From Eledone cirrhosa (Eukaryota), in NCBI GenBank assembly GCA_964016885.1, contig OZ024742.1, forward strand, positions 331,700,001 through 331,764,000: a stretch of DNA of 64,000 bases. Reading direction: 5' to 3'. The notes under the pieces were generated by a model. It searched no databases. It saw only the letters and a list, made by a program, of their open reading frames with translations, and had not been told where the DNA came from. The position numbers and the translations under genes are program-made. How positions within the stretch are numbered: the stretch's first letter is position 1; the number at the start of each line of letters is the position of its first letter. This document shows positions 1-14,767 of this stretch, piece by piece.

Positions 1-1227
1 TGCATAAGAGAGGATTTAGTGGCAGTTGGGTGAACACTGAACACTGAACACTGAATATTGAAGGTTCTATTTGCAGAAGAGAGGATTCAGTGGCAGTTGG
101 GGTGAACACTAAACACTGAATATTGAAGGTTATTTTTGGCAGAAGAGAGGATTTAGTGGTAGTTGGGGTGAACACTGAACACTGAATATTGAATATTGAA
201 GGTGATTTTTGGCAGAAGAGAGGATTTAGTGGCAGTTGGGGTGAACATTGAACACTGAATATTGAAGGTTATTTTTGGCAGAAGAGAGGATTTAGTGGCT
301 GTTTGGGTGAACACTGAACACTGAATATGGAATATTGAAGGTTATTTTGGCAGAAGAGAGGATTTAGTGGCAGTTGGGGTGAACACTGAACACTGAATAT
401 TGAAGGTTATTTTTGCAGAAGAGAGGATTTAGTGGCAGTTGGGGTGAACACTGAACACTGAACACTGAATATTGAAGGTTATTTTTGAAGAAGAGAGGAT
501 TTAGTGGCAGTTGGGGTGAACACTGAACACTGAACACTGAATATTGAAGGTTATTTTTGGCAGAAGAGAGGATTTAGTGGCAGTTTGGGTGAACACTGAA
601 CACTGAATATTGAATATTGAAGGTTATTTTTGACATAAGAGAGGATTTAGTGGCAGTTGGGGTGAACACTGAATACTGAATATTGAAGGTTATTTTTGGC
701 AGAAGATAGGATTTAGTGGCAGTTGGGGTGAACATTGAACACTGAATATTGAATATTGAAGGTTATTTTTGGCAGAAGAGAGGATTTAGTGGCAGTTGGG
801 TTGAACACTGAACACTGAATATTGAAGGTTATTTTTGCAGAAGAGAGGATTTAGTGGCAGTTGGGGTGAACACTAAACACTGAATGTTGAATATTGAAGG
901 TTATTTTTGCAGAAGAGAGGATTTAGTGGCAGTTGGAGTGAACACTGAACACTGAATATTGAATATTGAAGGTTATTTTTGCAGAAGAGAGGATTTAGTG
1001 GCAGATGGGGTGAACACTGAACACTGAACACTGAATATTGAAGGTTATTTTTGCAGAAGAGAGGATTTAGTGGCAGTTGGGGTGAACACTGAACACTGAA
1101 TATTGAATATTGAAGGTTATTTTTGCAGAAGAGAGGATTTAGTGGCAGTTGAGGTGAACACTGAACACTGAACACTGAATATTGAAGGTTATTTTTGCAG
1201 AAGAGAGGATTTAGTGGCAGTTGGGAT

Positions 1228-3196
1228 GAACACTGAACACTGAATATTGAAGGTTATTTTTGCAGAAGAGAGGATTTAGTGGCAGTTGGGGTGAACACTG
1301 AACACTTAATATTGAATATTGAAGGTTATTTTTGCATAAGAGAGGATTTAGTGGCAGTTGGGTGAACACTGAACACTGAACACTGAATATTGAAGGTTCT
1401 ATTTGCAGAAGAGAGGATTCAGTGGCAGTTGGGGTGAACACTAAACACTGAATATTGAAGGTTATTTTTGGCAGAAGAGAGGATTTAGTGGTAGTTGGGG
1501 TGAACACTGAACACTGAATATTGAATATTGAAGGTGATTTTTGGCAGAAGAGAGGATTTAGTGGCAGTTGGGGTGAACATTGAACACTGAATATTGAAGG
1601 TTATTTTTGGCAGAAGAGAGGATTTAGTGGCAGTTTGGGTGAACACTGAACACTGAATATTGAATATTGAAGGTTATTTTGGCAGAAGAGAGGATTTAGT
1701 GGCAGTTGGGGTGAACACTGAACACTGAATATTGAAGGTTATTTTTGTCAGAAGATAGGATTTAGTGGCAGTTGGGGTGAACACTGAACACTGAACACTG
1801 AATATTGAAGGTTATATTTGGTAGAAGAGAGGATTTAGTTGCAGTTGGGGTGAACACTGAACACTGAATATTGAAGGTTATTTTTGCAGAAGAGAGGATT
1901 TAGTGGCAGTTGGGGTGAACACTGAACACTGAACACTGAATATTGAAGGTTATGTTTGAAGAAGAGAGGATTTAGTGGCAGTTGGGGTGAACAATGAACA
2001 CTGAACACTGAATATTGAAGGTTATTTTTGGCAGAAGAGAGGATTTAGTGGCAGTTTGGGTGAACACTGAACACTGAATATTGAATATTGAAGGTTATTT
2101 TTGGCAGAAGAGAGGATTTAGTGGCAGTTGGGGTGAACACTGAATACTGAATATTGAAGGTTATTTTTGGCAGAAGATAGGATTTAGTGGCAGTTGGGGT
2201 GAACACTGAACACTGAATATTGAATATTGAAGGTTATTTTTGCAGAAGAGAGGATTTAGTGGCAGTTGAGGTGAACACTGAACACTGAACACTGAATATT
2301 GAAGGTTATTTTTGCAGAAGAGAGGATTTAGTGGCAGTTGGGGTGAACACTGAACACTTAATATTGAATATTGAAGGTTATTTTTGCATAAGAGAGGATT
2401 TAGTGGCAGTTGGGTGAACACTGAACACTGAACACTGAATATTGAAGGTTCTATTTGCAGAAGAGAGGATTCAGTGGCAGTTGGGGTGAACACTAAACAC
2501 TGAATATTGAAGGTTATTTTTGGCAGAAGAGAGGATTTAGTGGTAGTTGGGGTGAACACTGAACACTGAATATTGAATAGTGAAGGTGATTTTTGGCAGA
2601 AGAGAGGATTTAGTGGCAGTTGGGGTGAACATTGAACACTGAATATTGAAGGTTATTTTTGGCAGAAGAGAGGATTTAGTGGCAGTTTGGGTGAACACTG
2701 AACACTGAATATTGAATATTGAAGGTTATTTTGGCAGAAGAGAGGATTTAGTGGCAGTTGGGGTGAACACTGAACACTGAATATTGAAGGTTATTTTTGT
2801 CAGAAGATAGGATTTAGTGGCAGTTGGGGTGAACACTGAACACTGAACACTGAATATTGAAGGTTATATTTGGTAGAAGAGAGGATTTAGTGGCAGTTGG
2901 GGTGAACACTGAACACTGAATATTGAAGGTTATTTTTGCAGAAGAGAGGATTTAGTGGCAGTTGGGGTGAACACTGAACACTGAACACTGAATATTGAAG
3001 GTTATTTTTGAAGAAGAGAGGATTTAGTGGCAGTTGGGGTGAACACTGAACACTGAACACTGAATATTGAAGGTTATTTTTGGCAGAAGAGAGGATTTAG
3101 TGGCAGTTTGGGTGAACACTGAACACTGAATATTGAATATTGAAGGTTATTTTTGGCAGAAGAGAGGATTTAGTGGCAGTTGGGGTGAACACTGAA
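1228..3196. repeat. Block duplication, offset 1052 bp (~1228-2144 vs ~2280-3196)
   Basis: Shared rare variants: AACACTTAAT at 1301/2353, GGTTCTAT at 1395/2447, TTGTCAGAAGATAG at ~1746/2798. Confidence 0.8.
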
Positions 3197-4413
3197 CACT
3201 GAATATTGAACATTGAAGGTTATTTTTGGCAGAAGAGAGGACTTAGTGGCTGTTGGGGTGAACACTGAACACTGAATATTGAAGGATATTTTTGGCAGAA
3301 GAGAGGATTTAGTGGCAGTTGGGGTCAACACTGAACACTGAACATTGAATATTGTAGGTTATTTTTGCAGAAGAGAGGATTTAGTGGCAGTTGGGTGAAC
3401 ACTGAACACTGAAAACTGAATATTGAAGGTTCTTTTTGTAGAAGAGAGGATTTTGTGGCAGTTGGGGTGAACACTGAACACTGAATATTGAAGGTTATTT
3501 TTGGCAGAAGAGAGGATTTAGTGGCAGTTGGGGTGAACACTGAACACTGAATATTGAATATTGAAGGTTATTTTTGGCAGAAGAGAGGATTTAGTGGCAG
3601 TTGGGGTGAACACTGAACACTGAATATTGAAGGTTATTTTTGGCAGAAGAGAGGATTTAGTGGCAGTTGGGGTCAACACTGAACACTGAATATTGAATAT
3701 TGTAGGTTATTTTTGCAGAAGAGAGGATTTAGTGGCAGTAGGGGTGAACGCTGAACACTGAATTTTGAATATTGAAGTTTATTTTTGCAGAAGAGAGGAT
3801 TTAGTGGCAGTTGGGGTGAACACTGAACACTGAATATTGAATATTGAAGGTTATTTTTGCAGAAGAGAGGATTTAGTGGCAGTTGGGGTGAACACTGAAC
3901 ACTGAATATTGAATATTGAAGGTTATTTTTGCAGAAGAGAGGATTTAGTGGCAGATGGGGTGAACACTGAACACTGAACACTGAATATTGAAGGTTATTT
4001 TTGGCAGAAGAGAGGATTTAGTGGCAGTTGGGGTGAACACTGAACACTGACTATTGAAGGTTATTTTTGGCAGAAGAGAGGATTTAGTGGCAGTTGGGAT
4101 GAACAATGAACACTGAATATTGAAGGTTATTTTTGCAGAAGAGAGGATTTAGTGGCAGTTGGGGTGAACACTGAACACTGAATATTGAATATTGAAGGTT
4201 ATTTTTGGCAGAAGAGAGGATTTAGTGGCAGTTGGGGTGAACACTGAACACTGAATATTGAAGGTTATTTTTGCAGAAGAGAGGATTTAGTGGCAGTTGG
4301 GGTGAACACTGAACACTGAATATTGAATATTGAAGGTTATTTTTGCAGAAGAGAGGATTTAGTGGCAGTTGAGGTGAACACTGAACACTGAACACTGAAT
4401 ATTGAAGGTTATT

Positions 4414-7400
4414 TTTGCAGAAGAGAGGATTTAGTGGCAGTTGGGATGAACACTGAACACTGAATATTGAAGGTTATTTTTGCAGAAGAGAGGATTTAGT
4501 GGCAGTTGGGGTGAACACTGAACACTTAATATTGAATATTGAAGGTTATTTTTGCATAAGAGAGGATTTAGTGGCAGTTGGGTGAACACTGAACACTGAA
4601 CACTGAATATTGAAGGTTCTATTTGCAGAAGAGAGGATTCAGTGGCAGTTGGGGTGAACACTAAACACTGAATATTGAAGGTTATTTTTGGCAGAAGAGA
4701 GGATTTAGTGGTAGTTGGGGTGAACACTGAACACTGAATATTGAATATTGAAGGTGATTTATGGCAGAAGAGAGGATTTAGTGGCAGTTGGGGTGAACAT
4801 TGAACACTGAATATTGAAGGTTATTTTTGGCAGAAGAGAGGATTTAGTGGCAGTTTGGGTGAACACTGAACACTGAATATTGAATATTGAAGGTTATTTT
4901 GGCAGAAGAGAGGATTTAGTGGCAGTTGGGGTGAACACTGAACACTGAATATTGAAGGTTATTTTTGGCAGAAGATAGGATTTAGTGGCAGTTGGGGTGA
5001 ACACTGAACACTGAACACTGAATATTGAAGGTTATATTTGGTAGAAGAGAGGATTTAGTGGCAGTTGGGGTGAACACTGAACACTGAATATTGAAGGTTA
5101 TTTTTGCAGAAGAGAGGATTTAGTGGCAGTTGCGGTGAACACTGAACACTGAACACTGAATATTGAAGGTTATTTTTGGCAGACGAGAGGATTTAGTGGC
5201 AGTTGGGGTGAACACTGAACACTGAATATTGAATATTGAAGGTTATTTTTGGCAGAAGAGAGGATTTAGTGGCAGTTGGGCTGAACACTGTACACTGAAT
5301 ATTGAATATTGAAGGTTATATTTGCAGAAGAGAGGATTTAGTGGCAGTTGGGTGAACACTGAACACTGAACACTGAATATTGAAGGTTCTTTTTGTAGAA
5401 GAGAGGATTTAGTGGCAGTTGGGGTGAACACTGAACACTGAATATTGAAGGTTATTTTTGGCAGAAGAGAGGATTTAGTGGCAGTTGGGGTGAACACTGA
5501 ACACTGAATATTAAATATTGAAGGTTATTTTTGGCAGAAGAGAGGATTTAGTGGCAGTTGGGGTGAACACTGAACACTGAATATTGAATATTGAAGGTTA
5601 TTTTTGCAGAAGAGAGGATTTAGTGGCAGATGGGGTGAACACTGAACACTGAACACTGAATATTGAAGGTTATTTTTGCCAGAAGAGAGGATTTAGTGGC
5701 AGTTGGGGTGAACACTGAACACTGACTATTGAAGGTAATTTTTGGCAGAAGAGATGATTTAGTTGCAGTTGGGATGAACACTGAACACTGAATATTGAAG
5801 GTTATTTTTGCAGAAGAGAGGATTTAGTGGCAGTTGGCGTGAACACTGAACACTGAATATTGAATATTGAAGGTTATTTTTGCAGAAGAGGGGATTTAGT
5901 GGCAGATGGGGTGAACACTGAACACTGAACACTGAATATTGAAGGTTATTTTAGGCAGAAGAGAGGATTTAGTGGCAGTTGGGGTGAACACTGAACACTG
6001 ACTATTGAAGGTTATTTTTGGCAGAAGAGATGATTTAGTTGCAGTTGGGATGAACACTGAACACTAAATATTAAAGGTTATTTTTGCAGAAGAGAGGATT
6101 TAGTGGCAGTTGGGGTGAACACTGAACACTGAATATTGAATATTGAAGGTTATTTTTGGCAGAAGAGAGGATTTAGTGGCAGTTGGGGTGAACACTGAAC
6201 ACTGAATATTGAAGGTTATTTTTGCAGAAGAGAGGATTTAGTGGCAGTTGGGGTGAACACCGAACACTGAATATTGAATATTGAAGGTTATTTTTGCAGA
6301 AGAGAGGATTTAGTGGCAGTTGGGTGAACACTGATCACTGAACACTGAATATTGAAGGTTCTATTTGCAGAAGAGAGGATTCAGTGGCAGTTGGGGTGAA
6401 CACTAAACACTGAATATTGAAGGTTATTTTTGGCAGAAGAGAGGATTTAGTGGCAGTTGGGGTGAACACTGAACACTGAATATTGAATATTGAAGGTGAT
6501 TTTTGGCAGAAGAGAGGATTTAGTGGCAGTTGGGGTGAACATTGAACACTGAATATTGAAGGTTATTTTTGGCAGAAGAGAGGATTTAGTGGCAGTTTGG
6601 GTGAACACTGAACACTGAATATTGAATATTGAAGGTTATTTTTGGCAGAAGAGAGGATTTAGTGGCAGTTGGGGTGAACACTGAACACTGAATATTGAAG
6701 GTTATTTTTGGCAGAAGATAGGATTTAGTGGCAGTTGGGGTGAACACTGAACACTGAACACTGAATATTGAAGGTTATATTTGGTAGAAGAGAGGATTTA
6801 GTGGCAGTTGGGGTGAACACTGAACACTGAATATTGAAGGTTATTTTTGCAGAAGAGAGGATTTAGTGGCAGTTGGGGTGAACACTGAACACTGAACACT
6901 GAATATTGAAGGTTATTTTTGAAGAAGAGAGGATTTAGTGGCAGTTGGGGTGAACACTGAACACTGAATATTGAATATTGAAGGTTATTTTTGGCAGAAG
7001 AGAGGATTTAGTGGCAGTTGGGGTGAACACTGAACACTGAATATTGAAGGTTATTTTTGTCAGAAGATAGGATTTAGTGGCAGTTGGGGTGAACACTGAA
7101 CACTGAATATTGAATATTGAAGGTTATTTTGGCAGAAGAGAGGATTTAGTGGCAGTTGGGGTGAACACTGAACACTGAATATTGAAGGTTATTTTTGGCA
7201 GAAGATAGGATTTAGTGGCAGTTGGGGTGAACACTGAACACTGAACACTGAATATTGAAGGTTATATTTGGTAGAAGAGAGGATTTAGTGGCAGTTGGGG
7301 TGAACACTGAACACTGAATATTGAAGGTTATTTTTGCAGAAGAGAGGATTTAGTGGCAGTTGCGGTGAACACTGAACACTGAACACTGAATATTGAAGGT

Positions 7401-10196
7401 TATTTTTGGCAGACGAGAGGATTTAGTGGCAGTTGGGGTGAACACTGAACACTGAATATTGAATATTGAAGGTTATTTTTGGCAGAAGAGAGGATTTAGT
7501 GGCAGTTGGGCTGAACACTGTACACTGAATATTGAATATTGAAGGTTATATTTGCAGAAGAGAGGATTTAGTGGCAGTTGGGATGAACACTGAACACTGA
7601 ATATTGAAGGTTATTTTTGCAGAAGAGAGGATTTAGTGGCAGTTGGGGTGAACACTGAACACTTAATATTGAATATTGAAGGTTATTTTTGCATAAGAGA
7701 GGATTTAGTGGCAGTTGGGTGAACACTGAACACTGAACACTGAATATTGAAGGTTCTATTTGCAGAAGAGAGGATTCAGTGGCAGTTGGGGTGAACACTA
7801 AACACTGAATATTGAAGGTTATTTTTGGCAGAAGAGAGGATTTAGTGGTAGTTGGGGTGAACACTGAACACTGAATATTGAATATTGAAGGTGATTTATG
7901 GCAGAAGAGAGGATTTAGTGGCAGTTGGGGTGAACATTGAACACTGAATATTGAAGGTTATTTTTGGCAGAAGAGAGGATTTAGTGGCAGTTTGGGTGAA
8001 CACTGAACACTGAATATTGAATATTGAAGGTTATTTTGGCAGAAGAGAGGATTTAGTGGCAGTTGGGGTGAACACTGAACACTGAATATTGAAGGTTATT
8101 TTTGGCAGAAGATAGGATTTAGTGGCAGTTGGGGTGAACACTGAACACTGAACACTGAATATTGAAGGTTATATTTGGTAGAAGAGAGGATTTAGTGGCA
8201 GTTGGGGTGAACACTGAACACTGAATATTGAAGGTTATTTTTGCAGAAGAGAGGATTTAGTGGCAGTTGCGGTGAACACTGAACACTGAACACTGAATAT
8301 TGAAGGTTATTTTTGGCAGACGAGAGGATTTAGTGGCAGTTGGGGTGAACACTGAACACTGAATATTGAATATTGAAGGTTATTTTTGGCAGAAGAGAGG
8401 ATTTAGTGGCAGTTGGGCTGAACACTGTACACTGAATATTGAATATTGAAGGTTATATTTGCAGAAGAGAGGATTTAGTGGCAGTTGGGTGAACACTGAA
8501 CACTGAACACTGAATATTGAAGGTTCTTTTTGTAGAAGAGAGGATTTAGTGGCAGTTGGGGTGAACACTGAACACTGAATATTGAAGGTTATTTTTGGCA
8601 GAAGAGAGGATTTAGTGGCAGTTGGGGTGAACACTGAACACTGAATATTAAATATTGAAGGTTATTTTTGGCAGAAGAGAGGATTTAGTGGCAGTTGGGG
8701 TGAACACTGAACACTGAATATTGAATATTGAAGGTTATTTTTGCAGAAGAGAGGATTTAGTGGCAGATGGGGTGAACACTGAACACTGAACACTGAATAT
8801 TGAAGGTTATTTTTGCCAGAAGAGAGGATTTAGTGGCAGTTGGGGTGAACACTGAACACTGACTATTGAAGGTAATTTTTGGCAGAAGAGATGATTTAGT
8901 TGCAGTTGGGATGAACACTGAACACTGAATATTGAAGGTTATTTTTGCAGAAGAGAGGATTTAGTGGCAGTTGGCGTGAACACTGAACACTGAATATTGA
9001 ATATTGAAGGTTATTTTTGCAGAAGAGGGGATTTAGTGGCAGATGGGGTGAACACTGAACACTGAACACTGAATATTGAAGGTTATTTTAGGCAGAAGAG
9101 AGGATTTAGTGGCAGTTGGGGTGAACACTGAACACTGACTATTGAAGGTTATTTTTGGCAGAAGAGATGATTTAGTTGCAGTTGGGATGAACACTGAACA
9201 CTAAATATTAAAGGTTATTTTTGCAGAAGAGAGGATTTAGTGGCAGTTGGGGTGAACACTGAACACTGAATATTGAATATTGAAGGTTATTTTTGGCAGA
9301 AGAGAGGATTTAGTGGCAGTTGGGGTGAACACTGAACACTGAATATTGAAGGTTATTTTTGCAGAAGAGAGGATTTAGTGGCAGTTGGGGTGAACACCGA
9401 ACACTGAATATTGAATATTGAAGGTTATTTTTGCAGAAGAGAGGATTTAGTGGCAGTTGGGTGAACACTGATCACTGAACACTGAATATTGAAGGTTCTA
9501 TTTGCAGAAGAGAGGATTCAGTGGCAGTTGGGGTGAACACTAAACACTGAATATTGAAGGTTATTTTTGGCAGAAGAGAGGATTTAGTGGCAGTTGGGGT
9601 GAACACTGAACACTGAATATTGAATATTGAAGGTGATTTTTGGCAGAAGAGAGGATTTAGTGGCAGTTGGGGTGAACATTGAACACTGAATATTGAAGGT
9701 TATTTTTGGCAGAAGAGAGGATTTAGTGGCAGTTTGGGTGAACACTGAACACTGAATATTGAATATTGAAGGTTATTTTTGGCAGAAGAGAGGATTTAGT
9801 GGCAGTTGGGGTGAACACTGAACACTGAATATTGAAGGTTATTTTTGGCAGAAGATAGGATTTAGTGGCAGTTGGGGTGAACACTGAACACTGAACACTG
9901 AATATTGAAGGTTATATTTGGTAGAAGAGAGGATTTAGTGGCAGTTGGGGTGAACACTGAACACTGAATATTGAAGGTTATTTTTGCAGAAGAGAGGATT
10001 TAGTGGCAGTTGGGGTGAACACTGAACACTGAACACTGAATATTGAAGGTTATTTTTGAAGAAGAGAGGATTTAGTGGCAGTTGGGGTGAACACTGAACA
10101 CTGAATATTGAATATTGAAGGTTATTTTTGGCAGAAGAGAGGATTTAGTGGCAGTTGGGGTGAACACTGAACACTGAATATTGAAGGTTATTTTTG
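4414..10196. repeat. Block duplication, offset 3137 bp (4414-7059 vs 7551-10196), with an intervening copy of 4857-5352 at 7087-7582
   Basis: ORF pairs 4431/7568 and 5243/8380. Shared variants GGTGATTTATGG, TTTTAGGCAG, CTAAATATTAAAGG and CACCGAAC. AGACGAGAGG occurs at 5181, 7411 and 8318. Confidence 0.85.
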
Positions 10197-13100
10197 CAGA
10201 AGAGAGGATTTAGTGGCAGTTGGGGTGAACACTGAACACTGAATATTGAAGGTTATTTTTGCAGAAGAGAGGATTTAGTGGCAGTTGGGGTGAACACTGA
10301 ACACTGAATATTGAATATTGAAGGTTATTTTTGGCAGAAGAGAGGATTTAGTGGCAGTTGGGGTGAACATTGAACACTGAATTTTGAATATTGAAGTTTA
10401 TTTTGCAGAAGAGAGGATTTAGTGGCAGTTGGGGTGAACACTGAACACTGAATATTGAAGCTTATTTTTGCAGAAGAGAGGATTTAGTGGCAGTTGGGGT
10501 GAACACTGAACACTGAATATTGAATATTGAAGGTTATTTTTGCAGAAGAGAGGATTTAGTGGCAGTTGAGGTGAACACTGAACACTGAACACTGAATATT
10601 GAAGGTTATTTTTGCAGAAGAGAGGATTTAGTGGCAGTTGGGGTGAACACTGAACACTGAATATTGAAGGTTATTTTTGCAGAAGAGAGGATTTAGTGGC
10701 AGTTGGGGTGAACACTGAACACTGAATATTGAATATTGAAGGTTATTTTTGCATAAGAGAGGATTTAGTGGCAGTTGGGTGAACACTGAACACTGAACAC
10801 TGAATATTGAAGGTTCTATTTGCAGAAGAGAGGATTCAGTGGCAGTTGGGGTGAACACTAAACACTGAATATTGAAGGTTATTTTTGGCAGAAGAGAGGA
10901 TTTATTGGCAGTTGGGGTGAACACTGAACACTGAATATTAAATATTGAAGGTGATTTTTGGCAGAAGAGAGGATTTAGTGGCAGTTGGGGTGAACATTGA
11001 ACACTGAATATTGAAGGTTATTTTTGGCAGAAGAGAGGATTTAGTGGCAGTTTGGGTGAACACTGAACACTGAATATTGAATATTGAAGGTTATTTTTGG
11101 CAGAAGAGAGGATTTAGTGGCAGTTGGGGTGAACACTGAACACTGAATATTGAAGGTTATTTTTGGCAGAAGATAGGATTTAGTGGAAGTTGGGGTGAAC
11201 ACTGAACACTGAACACTGAATATTGAAGGTTATATTTGGTAGAAGAGAGGATTTAGTGGCAGTTGGGGTGAACACTGAACACTGAATATTGAAGGTTATT
11301 TTTGCAGAAGAGAGGATTTAGTGGCAGTTGGGGTGAACACTGAACACTGAACACTGAATATTGAAGGTTATTTTTGAAGAAGAGAGGATTTAGTGGCAGT
11401 TGGGGTGAACACTGAACACTGAATATTGAATATTGAAGGTTATTTTTGGCAGAAGAGAGGATTTAGTGGCAGTTGGGGTGAACACTGAACACTGAATATT
11501 GAAGGTTATTTTTGCAGAAGAGAGGATTTAGTGGCAGTTGGGGTGAACACTGAACACTGAATATTGAAGGTTATTTTTGCAGAAGAGAGGATTTAGTGGC
11601 AGTTGGGGTGAACACTGAACACTGAATATTGAATATTGAAGGTTATTTTTGGCAGAAGAGAGGATTTAGTGGCAGTTGGGGTGAACATTGAACACTGAAT
11701 TTTGAATATTGAAGTTTATTTTGCAGAAGAGAGGATTTAGTGGCAGTTGGGGTGAACACTGAACACTGAATATTGAAGGTTATTTTTGCAGAAGAGAGGA
11801 TTTAGTGGCAGTTGGGGTGAACACTGAACACTGAATATTGAATATTGAAGGTTATTTTTGCAGAAGAGAGGATTTAGTGGCAGTTGAGGTGAACACTGAA
11901 CACTGAACACTGAATATTGAAGGTTATTTTTGCAGAAGAGAGGATTTAGTGGCAGTTGGGGTGAACACTGAACACTGAATATTGAAGGTTATTTTTGCAG
12001 AAGAGAGGATTTAGTGGCAGTTGGGGTGAACACTGAACACTGAATATTGAATATTGAAGGTTATTATTGCATAAGAGAGGATTTAGTGGCAGTTGGGTGA
12101 ACACCGAACACTGAACACTGAATATTGAAGGTTCTATTTGCAGAAGAGAGGATTCAGTGGCAGTTGGGGTGAACACTAAACACTGAATATTGAAGGTTAT
12201 TTTTGGCAGAAGAGAGGATTTATTGGCAGTTGGGGTGAACACTGAACACTGAATATTAAATATTGAAGGTGATTTTTGGCAGAAGAGAGGATTTAGTGGC
12301 AGTTGGGGTGAACATTGAACACTGAATATTGAAGGTTATTTTTGCAGAAGAGAGGATTTAGTGGCAGTTGGGGTGAACACTGAACACTGAATATTGAAGG
12401 TTATTTTTGCAGAAGAGAGGATTTAGTGGCAGTTGGGGTGAACACTGAACACTGAACACTGAATATTGAAGGTTATTTTTGAAGAAGAGAGGATTTAGTG
12501 GCAGTTGGGGTGAACACTGAACACTGAATATTGAATATTGAAGGTTATTTTTGGCAGAAGAGAGGATTTAGTGGCAGTTGGGGTGAACACTGAACACTGA
12601 ATATTGAAGGTTATTTTTGCAGAAGAGAGGATTTAGTGGCAGTTGGGGTGAACACTGAACACTGAATATTGAAGGTTATTTTTGCAGAAGAGAGGATTTA
12701 GTGGCAGTTGGGGTGAACACTGAACACTGAATATTGAATATTGAAGGTTATTTTTGGCAGAAGAGAGGATTTAGTGGCAGTTGGGGTGAACATTGAACAC
12801 TGAATTTTGAATATTGAAGTTTATTTTGCAGAAGAGAGGATTTAGTGGCAGTTGGGGTGAACACTGAACACTGAATATTGAAGCTTATTTTTGCAGAAGA
12901 GAGGATTTAGTGGCAGTTGGGGTGAACACTGAACACTGAATATTGAATATTGAAGGTTATTTTTGCAGAAGAGAGGATTTAGTGGCAGTTGAGGTGAACA
13001 CTGAACACTGAACACTGAATATTGAAGGTTATTTTTGCAGAAGAGAGGATTTAGTGGCAGTTGGGGTGAACACTGAACACTGAATATTGAAGGTTATTTT

Positions 13101-14767
13101 TGCAGAAGAGAGGATTTAGTGGCAGTTGGGGTGAACACTGAACACTGAATATTGAATATTGAAGGTTATTTTTGCATAAGAGAGGATTTAGTGGCAGTTG
13201 GGTGAACACTGAACACTGAACACTGAATATTGAAGGTTCTATTTGCAGAAGAGAGGATTCAGTGGCAGTTGGGGTGAACACTAAACACTGAATATTGAAG
13301 GTTATTTTTGGCAGAAGAGAGGATTTATTGGCAGTTGGGGTGAACACTGAACACTGAATATTAAATATTGAAGGTGATTTTTGGCAGAAGAGAGGATTTA
13401 GTGGCAGTTGGGGTGAACATTGAACACTGAATATTGAAGGTTATTTTTGGCAGAAGAGAGGATTTAGTGGCAGTTTGGGTGAACACTGAACACTGAATAT
13501 TGAATATTGAAGGTTATTTTTGGCAGAAGAGAGGATTTAGTGGCAGTTGGGGTGAACACTGAACACTGAATATTGAAGGTTATTTTTGGCAGAAGATAGG
13601 ATTTAGTGGAAGTTGGGGTGAACACTGAACACTGAACACTGAATATTGAAGGTTATATTTGGTAGAAGAGAGGATTTAGTGGCAGTTGGGGTGAACACTG
13701 AACACTGAATATTGAAGGTTATTTTTGCAGAAGAGAGGATTTAGTGGCAGTTGGGGTGAACACTGAACACTGAACACTGAATATTGAAGGTTATTTTTGA
13801 AGAAGAGAGGATTTAGTGGCAGTTGGGGTGAACACTGAACACTGAATATTGAATATTGAAGGTTATTTTTGGCAGAAGAGAGGATTTAGTGGCAGTTGGG
13901 GTGAACACTGAACACTGAATATTGAAGGTTATTTTTGCAGAAGAGAGGATTTAGTGGCAGTTGGGGTGAACACTGAACACTGAATATTGAAGGTTATTTT
14001 TGCAGAAGAGAGGATTTAGTGGCAGTTGGGGTGAACACTGAACACTGAATATTGAATATTGAAGGTTATTTTTGGCAGAAGAGAGGATTTAGTGGCAGTT
14101 GGGGTGAACATTGAACACTGAATTTTGAATATTGAAGTTTATTTTGCAGAAGAGAGGATTTAGTGGCAGTTGGGGTGAACACTGAACACTGAATATTGAA
14201 GGTTATTTTTGCAGAAGAGAGGATTTAGTGGCAGTTGGGGTGAACACTGAACACTGAATATTGAATATTGAAGGTTATTTTTGCAGAAGAGAGGATTTAG
14301 TGGCAGTTGAGGTGAACACTGAACACTGAACACTGAATATTGAAGGTTATTTTTGCAGAAGAGAGGATTTAGTGGCAGTTGGGGTGAACACTGAACACTG
14401 AATATTGAAGGTTATTTTTGCAGAAGAGAGGATTTAGTGGCAGTTGGGGTGAACACTGAACACTGAATATTGAATATTGAAGGTTATTATTGCATAAGAG
14501 AGGATTTAGTGGCAGTTGGGTGAACACCGAACACTGAACACTGAATATTGAAGGTTCTATTTGCAGAAGAGAGGATTCAGTGGCAGTTGGGGTGAACACT
14601 AAACACTGAATATTGAAGGTTATTTTTGGCAGAAGAGAGGATTTATTGGCAGTTGGGGTGAACACTGAACACTGAATATTAAATATTGAAGGTGATTTTT
14701 GGCAGAAGAGAGGATTTAGTGGCAGTTGGGGTGAACATTGAACACTGAATATTGAAGGTTATTTTTG
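9923..14767. repeat. Tandem duplication of a 2423-bp unit (9923-12345 / 12346-14767) containing a 1318-bp (19-monomer) internal period
   Basis: Private AAGCTT variant at 10458 and 12881. ORF pairs 10628/13051 and 11946/14369 give the 2423 offset, and 10628/11946 gives 1318. Confidence 0.9.
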
